From a virus, in IMG/VR virus record IMGVR_UViG_3300009441_000008, positions 5,005 through 69,004 of that record: a DNA stretch of 64,000 bases. One strand, written 5' to 3'. The notes under the pieces are model-generated. The model saw only the letters and a list, made by a program, of their open reading frames with translations, was not told where the DNA came from and made no database searches. A program made the position numbers and the translations under genes. How positions within the stretch are numbered: position 1 is the stretch's first letter; the number at the start of each line of letters is the position of its first letter. Shown here one piece after another: positions 1 to 9,088 of the stretch.

Positions 1-81
1 TGATGATGGAAATCTAACGATAAATCGGTTAACTCTTTTCGGTTCGTAGGGAACCGGCATTTTCATTAATAAATCTGCCAT
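1..81 (-). CDS. Tail tube protein (gp19-like), 5' part only
   Basis: ATG at 81 reads MADLLMKMPVPYEPKRVNRFIVRFPSS off the window edge; the EPKR.NRF start is typical of tube proteins; lies directly downstream of the sheath gene. Confidence 0.8.
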   Translation of the reverse strand, partial: MADLLMKMPVPYEPKRVNRFIVRFPSS

Positions 82-333
82 GTCTTTATATTTGTTTTCT
101 TTTAGTTATTCTTTATTATAAATATCTCTCTTAGTGAAATATTTTAAAATTTATTGTCAATTAAGTTGACTTTGTCAATTTTATTACGTATTTTTTATTT
201 ACCCAGTAATACTGGTAGCAAACTTTAAAAGATTTATAAGTTAATTATATAATATATATAATTATTATTTAAATATCAATTATTACTTGCATTATTCTGG
301 CATTATACTGGGTGTCATCTCAATTTTTACTTA

Positions 334-374
334 GAGGGGGAAATACTACAATGTATCTCCCCTTCTTTTTTTTT
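334..374. terminator. Intrinsic terminator-like hairpin at the 3' end of the sheath gene
   Basis: GAGGGGGAAATAC...GTATCTCCCCTTC followed by a T run on +. Confidence 0.6.
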
Positions 375-375
375 A

Positions 376-3198
376 TTATATATTCTCAAATGATGCTCCT
401 GTTGGAGTTATTAAGAATTCAACATCTATAAATTCAAGTGCTCTTGTTGGTTTGATATAAATCTTACCTCTAAGTGTGTTAGCATCGATATCTTCTGGAT
501 CATTCGATACAACTACACGGAATTCATAAAGTCCTCTTTCTTTTTTAATCGACTCCAAAATAGGATTAACCAATCTTAAGAACTCATTTCTTACTTGTTC
601 GTCATTTTGTTCAAATAACAATCTAACTGCAACTGCTGAAATTAATTTTCTTGCTCTTAACAATAATCTCCTTACGTTGATTCTATCAAGTGCTGATTCT
701 CTAACCTGTAGAGTTTTGTTACCCCAAATAATAGTACCTGTGTCTGAGAATGTTGCAATTGGATTAATTCTTGCTTTATATAAGTCATCTCTATTCTCTA
801 AAGTAAGTTTTTTCTTCGCTTTAATCGCGTTTACTAAACCTCTTGAGTAACCCGCTACTGCGAACCATGGGTAAGATACATTATCTGTTAGTGCAATATT
901 CTTTAGAACCTCACCTGTTGGTGGTAAGTATATCTGTGTTGCATTATCAGTATCACGTATTTGAATCCAAGGCCAGTAAGTGGCTGAATAGTTAGTATCC
1001 ATTTCTACAGTATCCAATTGATCAATAATTTCATCAACTGTATCTGTGTTAGGTGGGTTCATAATATAAAGTGAATCCGCTCTATCACCTTCAATCATCT
1101 CTATTGTGTTGTTAACCAATGAACTGTGGTTCAAAAAGTCAATACCTGGTGTTGCAAATATGTTAATATCAACCGACTCAGGATTAGAGAATGTTTCAAT
1201 TGCTTGTAAGTAAGCGTAGTAATCAGAATTTCCAATATCAGTACTAAATACACCACTATTGTTCGTGTCACCACTTACGTATGTATTTTTACCGTAGATG
1301 TAACCATCACTATTAGTTCTCGTACCTCTATAGATATCCCAACCATCAAATCCACCACCCATTGCTAATGTGAATTTTCTATATTGTTTAGTTTCCAATA
1401 AACCTTTATTAGTACCTTCTAAATCATATGATGTAGTTTTGTACGTAGTATCTCCCGTAATGGTTGATGCGTTTGTTGATAAGTGAAAACCGTAAGTTAC
1501 ATTAGAGGTTGTATTACCTTTATATTCTAAGATATCACTATCGAAACCAATCTGTGACGATATACCAAGAGAAACTTTTCTTATTTTATCTCCGTTCGAG
1601 ATTTTACTCTCACCGTTAGCAGTATAACCTGTTACGGTACCCGCTACATTGTAATCTGTTTTATAAAGTATACTACCTTGAATTGTATTACCTTGAGAAT
1701 GGGAAGTATATCCCTTGAATCCCGCTGGTACTGCATCTACAGGTGGGTTTACCGATAAGTTTAACATTACGAATTTAGACCTCAATTCATATTCACCATC
1801 TGAAGTTCCAATTTTTCTCGCTACATAACCTGGTAATTCAGGATTCATAGTACATCTTGTGAATTTCTCAAGTACATTTAAATTATCGTCTTTATCGTTG
1901 AAGTCTCTAATTACAATATCAAAGTCTCCTGTTTCAAGGTCAATGTTTTGAAATGTAATTTTAACTTGTGTGTTAGCCGCGTTACCATCAGAAATACTAA
2001 TGAAGTTAAATAAATCATTAACTGTTCCACCTCGTACTTCAGATACAACAACTGGTGATGCCGGTGTTTCCCACTGACCCACAAAACTATTACCTTCTGA
2101 TGTGTATGTTAATGGTGATATCTTTAAACCTCTTACTAACCCTTTTTCATTTAGAGTTTTTAATGTTTTAGAATAAACCTCATGTACATAAACAGGAATG
2201 TCTTTTTTATCTTTTCCAAATACCGTAGTACCTAAAACTTTAGTTACATATTTGTTAGATGATTGGTCTAAACTCAATGTGAATGTTTTTGCACCACTCG
2301 TTGAACCTGTCACATCTAACGTGAACTCACCTAATGGGTTACTTGAAATTTCTGAACCTGACGCCAATATGTTTGCAGATGCAGTAACTTCTAAATTAAG
2401 TGTCTGTCCAGCATATGAACCTCTTGATCTTAAACATGCCACTACTTGACCACCATATTCGTTTTCAACCGCAGCGTATTCATACTGTGTAATTTTCCAT
2501 CCTGCATTTACTCCGTCATAGAGAAAAAGATATCCATAAACACCATCGATAGTACCTAAACTATCTTTAAAGAATACGTTATACCAATTAGTGGTTGAGT
2601 TACTTCCAATAGGTCCCGTAACTTGATCCGATGTTACTAATCCTGCCGTGTCCGAAGACTCAACATGTCCAATAGTGAACCACTTACCACCAGTAACTGC
2701 AATATTTTCAATAAACGACTGTACTGTTGAACCGTCAGTAGCGTTCTTACCATTAAGATCTCCAATAAATGAAGATGTTGAAATGTTGTTAGTTGCTCCT
2801 GTAAGTGTGTGAGATGTTCCTGCTCCACCCACTAAGTCATCGGTGTCTACCGTTATACCACCTAATGTTTTTATCGATACAGATTGACCTGGTTTGTACC
2901 CTGTTAATCCTAATACTCTCGTTACGAAAAGTTGATTTGATTCTTGTAAATACGACTTCGCAACATACCCTAACTCATATTTTGGATTTCCATCCGAATA
3001 TTTAGTCGGAGAAGTTGGTCCGAAATATGTTTTGAATTCGTCAAAATTTCTTATTAGTATTGGTTCGAACGCTGGACCTTGTATGGTCTCTCCCGCTAAT
3101 CCCAATGTAGTTACCCCCACACTTTGAGCTACGAACGTTAAATCTTTCTCTGATGTATAAACACCTGGAGAAACGAATACTCTGTTTGAATTTGCCAT
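376..3198 (-). CDS. Contractile tail sheath protein (gp18-like)
   Basis: N-terminal FVSPGVYTSEKD; C-terminal PWFAVAGYSRG, INPI, WGNKTLQ, LDRINVRRLL, IKPTRALEFI sheath motifs. Confidence 0.95.
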   Translation of the reverse strand: MANSNRVFVSPGVYTSEKDLTFVAQSVGVTTLGLAGETIQGPAFEPILIRNFDEFKTYFGPTSPTKYSDGNPKYELGYVAKSYLQESNQLFVTRVLGLTGYKPGQSVSIKTLGGITVDTDDLVGGAGTSHTLTGATNNISTSSFIGDLNGKNATDGSTVQSFIENIAVTGGKWFTIGHVESSDTAGLVTSDQVTGPIGSNSTTNWYNVFFKDSLGTIDGVYGYLFLYDGVNAGWKITQYEYAAVENEYGGQVVACLRSRGSYAGQTLNLEVTASANILASGSEISSNPLGEFTLDVTGSTSGAKTFTLSLDQSSNKYVTKVLGTTVFGKDKKDIPVYVHEVYSKTLKTLNEKGLVRGLKISPLTYTSEGNSFVGQWETPASPVVVSEVRGGTVNDLFNFISISDGNAANTQVKITFQNIDLETGDFDIVIRDFNDKDDNLNVLEKFTRCTMNPELPGYVARKIGTSDGEYELRSKFVMLNLSVNPPVDAVPAGFKGYTSHSQGNTIQGSILYKTDYNVAGTVTGYTANGESKISNGDKIRKVSLGISSQIGFDSDILEYKGNTTSNVTYGFHLSTNASTITGDTTYKTTSYDLEGTNKGLLETKQYRKFTLAMGGGFDGWDIYRGTRTNSDGYIYGKNTYVSGDTNNSGVFSTDIGNSDYYAYLQAIETFSNPESVDINIFATPGIDFLNHSSLVNNTIEMIEGDRADSLYIMNPPNTDTVDEIIDQLDTVEMDTNYSATYWPWIQIRDTDNATQIYLPPTGEVLKNIALTDNVSYPWFAVAGYSRGLVNAIKAKKKLTLENRDDLYKARINPIATFSDTGTIIWGNKTLQVRESALDRINVRRLLLRARKLISAVAVRLLFEQNDEQVRNEFLRLVNPILESIKKERGLYEFRVVVSNDPEDIDANTLRGKIYIKPTRALEFIDVEFLITPTGASFENI

Positions 3199-3317
3199 TG
3201 ATTACTTTAGTTAAATATTTTTATTGTTTATTATAAATATCCTGAATTTTAGTAAAGAGACCGACAGTTTTCTATTTGGGTATATTTAAGGATCCTTTTT
3301 TATCTATATTTATCTTT

Positions 3318-3476
3318 ATGGGGAATAAAAACAGTAAAAACCTTAAAATAGGTGAAGAACATCATAATAAGTTAAAAAAATATTGTGATGTCAACGGATT
3401 TAAAATGTACAGAGTTGTTGAAAAGTGGATAGATCAACATTGTAAGGTTAAAAAAGACGACCTTTACGGGGAGTAA
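3318..3476 (+). CDS. Small basic protein, possible ribbon-helix-helix DNA binder
   Basis: KNLKIGEEHHNKLKKYC...MYRVVEKWI pattern; ATG 3318 sits 3 nt after TATTTATC. Confidence 0.5.
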   Translation: MGNKNSKNLKIGEEHHNKLKKYCDVNGFKMYRVVEKWIDQHCKVKKDDLYGE

Positions 3477-4709
3477 TTAGTGGAGATAAACCACACCTAC
3501 AATAGTACCAACACGTGGTGTACCTAATAAGGTTAGAGTAGTTCTACCTGAAACTTCAAATGCTTCACCTTCTAATTGTGTCAAACCATTTAGGTCAAAA
3601 CTAACCACACTATCAATTGCATTTGTTGTTGTGAACGTTAAAGACTCTCCCGTATATTCAAAATCTTCCGTAGAAACTTGTCTTGGGTTACCCGAACTGT
3701 CAATAAAAACATTTGATTTACCTTTATAATATTTTATTGTAATTATAGATCCCTCACCTGGTGGAGACGCAAAAGATATTTTTGAAGTATACCCAACGTG
3801 GAAAAAATCATCATCTCTTGTTTGAACAATACCGTTAATCTCAACAGTAAAAAGAATACCAATTGTTTCACCCACACTAAACACAGTATTGGTCCCGTCC
3901 GCAGTAAACTTAGCGATCGTGATCTCAATGTTTTTAGTCATAAATTTCTTTTCGTAGTTATTTGACTTTATGAATTCATTCATAAGGAAAAGTCGACTAA
4001 CTGCGGGTTTAATTTCAAACTCTTCTTCATCGATTAAGAAACCGAGTAATGTGAATTTATAATTTTGTAAATAAAACCTACGTGATTCAATATCAACAGG
4101 TGTGTTGTCTTCAACAGTGTCTAATACAATTGGAACATAATGTCCTTTAACCGTAGTATATGATTGTCGAGAAGAAAACTTTTGTAAAACAATTTGATTA
4201 AATTTATTTAAATCTCTAAAACGAGTACATAATATTGTTACTTCGTATGATATGTCAACCGCAACGGGTTGTGGTATTCTATATATGTCAGCACCCATCT
4301 GAGTACCATTCCATGTTGGTACAGATGCGTAATGAAATTGCTGTCTATCGGGTATTGTTCTTTGTAAACTTGGGTTAGTACCTGGTTGTACATCGGGTTT
4401 TCTTATTACACTAATAAATGGTATTTTTATATTACCATCTAAATCCGAAATATCCCACGTATTTGTGAATTCACCCCATCTTTGTAATGTGAGTATTTTT
4501 GGTATAATAGGTATTTCATCACCGTCAGAAACAACTTTAAAATTATTCTTAACAAATTCCAACATACCCAAATCTAAATCATCGTGTAAAACGGAATCTG
4601 GTAAATACGAATCCCCTTGGGTTATCTTATCTAAAAGTTCCTGTCTTCTGTCAACCAATTCATTTCCTTGGTAAACACTAATATCGTTTTTCTTTTTTGG
4701 GGTTGCCAT
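3477..4709 (-). CDS. Tail terminator/completion protein (gp15-like) with C-terminal beta-rich extension
   Basis: Position next to the sheath and neck genes; P.PV.VDISYEV...F pattern. Confidence 0.55.
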   Translation of the reverse strand: MATPKKKNDISVYQGNELVDRRQELLDKITQGDSYLPDSVLHDDLDLGMLEFVKNNFKVVSDGDEIPIIPKILTLQRWGEFTNTWDISDLDGNIKIPFISVIRKPDVQPGTNPSLQRTIPDRQQFHYASVPTWNGTQMGADIYRIPQPVAVDISYEVTILCTRFRDLNKFNQIVLQKFSSRQSYTTVKGHYVPIVLDTVEDNTPVDIESRRFYLQNYKFTLLGFLIDEEEFEIKPAVSRLFLMNEFIKSNNYEKKFMTKNIEITIAKFTADGTNTVFSVGETIGILFTVEINGIVQTRDDDFFHVGYTSKISFASPPGEGSIITIKYYKGKSNVFIDSSGNPRQVSTEDFEYTGESLTFTTTNAIDSVVSFDLNGLTQLEGEAFEVSGRTTLTLLGTPRVGTIVGVVYLH

Positions 4710-5221
4710 TATACTCCTCTAAATTCTACTTCTTGTGCCGGAACACATGTTATGGTTCTATAGAATGGTTTAAAACCAAACATATTATGTTTACTGTCGG
4801 ACGTTACCTTCCCATCGTTAGTTACCGTATAATACCTTACTTTTTCTTCTGTTTCAGGATAACCAATAAAATCACCGTACTTTAAATCAATACCTAAATC
4901 ATTTAAATGTTTTAAATAAACCGACAATGTTAAATTACCAGGTTCATTGTATCGAACCATACCACTTTTATATGTACTGTTCTTTGGTTGTTCTACTTTA
5001 ACTAACGCATTAAACTCCACAGGTGGGTAAAATTTTATTTGATCTTTACCAACTTCAGCATATACTGCATCGGTATCGGTACTATCATGATCAACACGAT
5101 AGAGAACCAACTTCATATTGAGGTCACCATGAAGGTATTCCTCACCCATTTGTATGTTCAGGTCAAAATCTTCAGTTGAGAAGAATTTACTCAGTCTTGT
5201 AATTGGAACCTTTTTACTCAT
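4709..5221 (-). CDS. Neck/head-closure protein (gp14-like)
   Basis: LYRVD..T.TD.VY.E and GDFI motifs; neck-gene context; ATG 5221 preferred as start. Confidence 0.55.
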   Translation of the reverse strand: MSKKVPITRLSKFFSTEDFDLNIQMGEEYLHGDLNMKLVLYRVDHDSTDTDAVYAEVGKDQIKFYPPVEFNALVKVEQPKNSTYKSGMVRYNEPGNLTLSVYLKHLNDLGIDLKYGDFIGYPETEEKVRYYTVTNDGKVTSDSKHNMFGFKPFYRTITCVPAQEVEFRGV

Positions 5222-5273
5222 ACACATAAATAGTTTAAAATGTCATTTGATTTCGTTATATTTAATATATTAT

Positions 5274-7031
5274 ATGGAAAGACAGATACCTGAAATAGAA
5301 GCGAGGGAAATTGTGACGGGATACACAGGTTACAATAACCAAATACTATCGTGGAAGAGAAAGTTTGAAACAAGTAAAAATCATACACTTACTCGACCAC
5401 AATCCGATTACGTACTCAAACATTGGGAAACAGTACCTAAAATTGCACGCAAATATGTTGAGATTTCTGAACACTTTGGGAAGAAAGTAATGGAAGATAG
5501 ATTACTACCTGAACCAGTACGGCACATTTGGGTGGAAAAACTCTTATGTGAGAGTGATAAAGCATTTAATATATGGGGTAACATCAATGTAGATTTACCA
5601 CACATGTCTATGTGGGTACCAAAGGCTGCTATTATACAGGAAGAAAAGACATTGGACAGAGAAGTTGATTACTCACCATATGACCACCGACCACCAATGG
5701 AACACCAAAAAACCGCAATTGAAAAACTACTTGCAAATAGTCATTTTATTTTAGCGGATGATATGGGTCTTGGTAAAACAACAAGTACTGTTATTGCTTC
5801 AATGGAAAGTGATGTAAAAAAAGTATTAATTGTTTGTCCTGCATCTTTAAAAATTAATTGGAAGAGAGAGATTGAATTTTACACTAAGGAAGAGGTTTTA
5901 ATTGTTGAAGGTAGAAAATGGGGAGCACAGTACAAGTACTATATTATAAATTACGATATTTTAAAAAATTTCCACACTACGGAAAATAACGTAGAAAGTG
6001 AGGGTTACCAAACAATAGTGAATGAAGGTTTTGATTTGGCAATTGTTGATGAGGCACATTACATTTCAAACTCAACAGCACAAAGAACTAAATTATTAAA
6101 CGATATTTTAACTAAAATCCCTAAAGTTTGGTTACTTACGGGAACACCAATGACATCAAGACCTATTAATTTCTATAATCTTCTTAAGATTGTTAAATCA
6201 CCTTTAACAATAAATTGGAAAACGTACGTAATAAGGTACTGTAAAGGATATCAATTTAGAGTGGGAGGTAGAAAAATATGGAATACAAGTGGTGCAAGTA
6301 ATCTTAATGAACTTAGAGACCAAACGAAAGCGGTGGTTCTACGAAGATTAAAGACGGACGTTCTTGATTTACCAGAAAAAATTATCTCACCAATATGGTT
6401 AGAGATGAAGAGTTCATTCTACGATGACGAATTAACGGAGTTTTTAAAGATCACAGAGGAACAAAAAACAAAAGAGAGTATAACGGTAACCCTTAATCGT
6501 TTAATGAGGTTACGTCAGTTAATTGCAATTGATAAGGTGGAACATACCTGTGAGTTAATTGATAATGTATTGGAACAGGACCGTAAAGTGATTGTTTTCA
6601 CTAATTTTACAGTTTCATTAGACATGTTAAGGGAGAAGTACAAAAAGAAATGTGTTGTCCTTGATGGTAGAATGTCAAAGGATGGTAGACAACAAGCGGT
6701 TGATAGATTTCAGAATGACCCTAAGGTAAAGATTTTTATTGGAAACATTAAAGCGGCGGGTGTGGGTATTACACTTACGGCTGCCGATGTTGTTATTATG
6801 AATGATTTATCGTTTGTACCCGCAGATCACTCACAAGCGGAAGATAGAGCATATCGTTACGGTCAAAAAAATAGTGTATTGGTTTATTATCCTGTTTTTG
6901 AAAATACTATTGAAATGACAGTCTACAATATTCTACAAAAGAAGAAAAGTGTAATTGATCAAGTTATGGGTGATGGTGAATATTCCGAAACTTTTGCTTC
7001 GGAGTTAATCAAGTCGATTGGTAAAAAATAG
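5274..7031 (+). CDS. SNF2-family (HARP/SMARCAL1-like) helicase/translocase
   Basis: LADDMGLGKT Walker A, VDEAH, LTGTP, GVGITLT and QAEDRAYRYGQ motifs; start at MERQ (5274). Confidence 0.9.
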   Translation: MERQIPEIEAREIVTGYTGYNNQILSWKRKFETSKNHTLTRPQSDYVLKHWETVPKIARKYVEISEHFGKKVMEDRLLPEPVRHIWVEKLLCESDKAFNIWGNINVDLPHMSMWVPKAAIIQEEKTLDREVDYSPYDHRPPMEHQKTAIEKLLANSHFILADDMGLGKTTSTVIASMESDVKKVLIVCPASLKINWKREIEFYTKEEVLIVEGRKWGAQYKYYIINYDILKNFHTTENNVESEGYQTIVNEGFDLAIVDEAHYISNSTAQRTKLLNDILTKIPKVWLLTGTPMTSRPINFYNLLKIVKSPLTINWKTYVIRYCKGYQFRVGGRKIWNTSGASNLNELRDQTKAVVLRRLKTDVLDLPEKIISPIWLEMKSSFYDDELTEFLKITEEQKTKESITVTLNRLMRLRQLIAIDKVEHTCELIDNVLEQDRKVIVFTNFTVSLDMLREKYKKKCVVLDGRMSKDGRQQAVDRFQNDPKVKIFIGNIKAAGVGITLTAADVVIMNDLSFVPADHSQAEDRAYRYGQKNSVLVYYPVFENTIEMTVYNILQKKKSVIDQVMGDGEYSETFASELIKSIGKK

Positions 7032-7877
7032 TAAGGAAGAGTCAAAAATGAAATATACATTATCACTATGTATTCTTTCAACTAAATCCATATCAATTTT
7101 AAAAACAATTATATCACCTCTATGGGTAAATGAAATATAATCAATATCCTTATATTGACTTATTGATGTGGTAACTTTTACTTTGTAATTACCATCTGAA
7201 GTAATTGACCATCCACCACATGATTTAACTTGATTCGTTTCGTTTCGATCTGTAAATTTTATTACACCATCGATACCTTTGAAATCTTGTGTACTTCCAC
7301 CTGTTAATATGTCGTCATCTTCATATCCAATTGAATCTGTCCATATTAATTTATGATTTGATTCTACTAATTTTTGAGACTTATTTCCTGCACCAACATT
7401 CTTCGTTTTAATATCATCTAAAGAGTCCTTTATTTTTCCATCTTCAAAAATCTCGAATCTATGATTATATAAATGTTCAGCAAATTCATTTATTGTATCA
7501 ATTACAGTGTCCTCAATAAAACCTCCGTCAGAATCTCTCTCATATGGTAACTCGTAACCGTACAATTCTTTTAGTTTCTTCTCTAAATATTTATGTTGTG
7601 TGTAACTTGTGTTTGTGTAGTTTATTCCACTCCTATGATCGTATTTGTCATTTTCGGGGTTATAATCATAAACACCCACTTCAGATGTACTCCCATCTGA
7701 TTCAATAATTTGACCGTATCGTGGTAATCCCCGATCTTCCCAAATAATTCTAACAATACCCATTATCTTCCAACTTAGTTTCTTTCTTAATGGACTTACA
7801 CTGTTAATGTATCTCCATATATCTAACTTAGATTTGTGTTTATTTCTGATTTTTTGTAATTGTTCTTCTGATACCAT
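7005..7877 (-). CDS. Hypothetical protein, probable C-terminal PD-(D/E)XK nuclease fold
   Basis: QDFKGIDGVI...NQVKS motif; own TATATTTG promoter at 7898-7905. Confidence 0.45.
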   Translation of the reverse strand: MVSEEQLQKIRNKHKSKLDIWRYINSVSPLRKKLSWKIMGIVRIIWEDRGLPRYGQIIESDGSTSEVGVYDYNPENDKYDHRSGINYTNTSYTQHKYLEKKLKELYGYELPYERDSDGGFIEDTVIDTINEFAEHLYNHRFEIFEDGKIKDSLDDIKTKNVGAGNKSQKLVESNHKLIWTDSIGYEDDDILTGGSTQDFKGIDGVIKFTDRNETNQVKSCGGWSITSDGNYKVKVTTSISQYKDIDYISFTHRGDIIVFKIDMDLVERIHSDNVYFIFDSSLLFFTNRLD

Positions 7878-7935
7878 AATTAAATGTGTGATTATTCCAA
7901 ATATAAACTATTTATATTAATAAATCAAGTAAGAT

Positions 7936-9054
7936 ATGCCAAGCACAATTATAACACCAACAAACAAAGAGAAGTTATACTCACAGGTTTTTCATCTTTT
8001 AGGTATGCCGATTCGTTCTATCGAGTTGACGGAAGAACAGATGGATACATTCCTTGAGTTAGCACTTGACGAATATGAACAATATGTAAGTGATTGGTTA
8101 ATCGAATCACAGTGGTCATCATTAGCTGGGTTAAATGTTGATACACAATCCTTAACAAGAGCGTTCACTACGAGATCGGTTGACTATGAAACACAATATT
8201 CACATGCATATTCTAAAATTGTGGGTCTTCAAACAGGTGGTGAGTCGGAGTTGAAGTTAGATAAAATACAATTGGTTGCCAACCAACAAATGTATGAAAT
8301 TGCTGCGGGAAGAGAAATAAACGAACTTCTTTGGTTTACAAGAGCAGAATTAACCGATTCAATCGTGGATCCATTTTTAGGTGGGTTTGGTGGTCTTGGT
8401 GGTGTAGGTTCTGGTGGTGTTGGTGGATTTGCACAAATGGGAACTTCAGGTTCTTACTTTATGATGCCAGCTTATGATTTATTGGCAAGAATGCAAGATA
8501 GGGGTTTAAAAAATCGTTTAATCGGTGGTGAACTTACGTATCGTGTTACTGCGGGTCCTGAAGGAAAAAAACACGTCCATCTTTATAATACACCAGGTGG
8601 TAGGTTTGATTTTGGTTCTGTACAGAAACATAACTATTATGTGTGGTATTGGTATTATGATACCCACGATCGTGATGACTGTTTAGCAAAAAACAAAGAT
8701 ATTATAAAGTTACCTTCTGATATTGAAACAGAAGAACTTACATGGGAGACACTTAACAGACCAGCACAGAATTGGGTACGTAAGTATCTAATTGCATATT
8801 CTAAAGAAGGGTTAGGAAGAGTATATTCTAAATTTTCAGGAGACTTAAGAGTTCCCGATAGTGAAGTTAAATTAGATTATAACTCACTTTTAACTGAAGG
8901 TAAGGATGAGAAAACAAAACTTGTTGAAGAACTAACACAACGATTGGAAAGATTACGTCCTGACAAAATGTTAGAGAGAAAAGGTAATGAAGCAGAAAAC
9001 TTAAATAAGTCACTTAAGTATAGACCATTCCAATCTCCATTCCTTGGAATCTAA
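7936..9054 (+). CDS. Head-tail adaptor/neck protein (gp13-like)
   Basis: LG.P...IEL.EEQ.D at the N-terminus; WV..Y..A..KE.LG.V.SKFSG near the C-terminus. Confidence 0.75.
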   Translation: MPSTIITPTNKEKLYSQVFHLLGMPIRSIELTEEQMDTFLELALDEYEQYVSDWLIESQWSSLAGLNVDTQSLTRAFTTRSVDYETQYSHAYSKIVGLQTGGESELKLDKIQLVANQQMYEIAAGREINELLWFTRAELTDSIVDPFLGGFGGLGGVGSGGVGGFAQMGTSGSYFMMPAYDLLARMQDRGLKNRLIGGELTYRVTAGPEGKKHVHLYNTPGGRFDFGSVQKHNYYVWYWYYDTHDRDDCLAKNKDIIKLPSDIETEELTWETLNRPAQNWVRKYLIAYSKEGLGRVYSKFSGDLRVPDSEVKLDYNSLLTEGKDEKTKLVEELTQRLERLRPDKMLERKGNEAENLNKSLKYRPFQSPFLGI

Positions 9055-9088
9055 AAAATAAGGGGGTATTATTTCAACCCCCATAAAT

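Noticed and set aside
5154-5273. Extended N-terminus of the helicase in the ORF track
   Set aside because: Overlaps the divergent gene and its promoter; ATG 5274 is the plausible start
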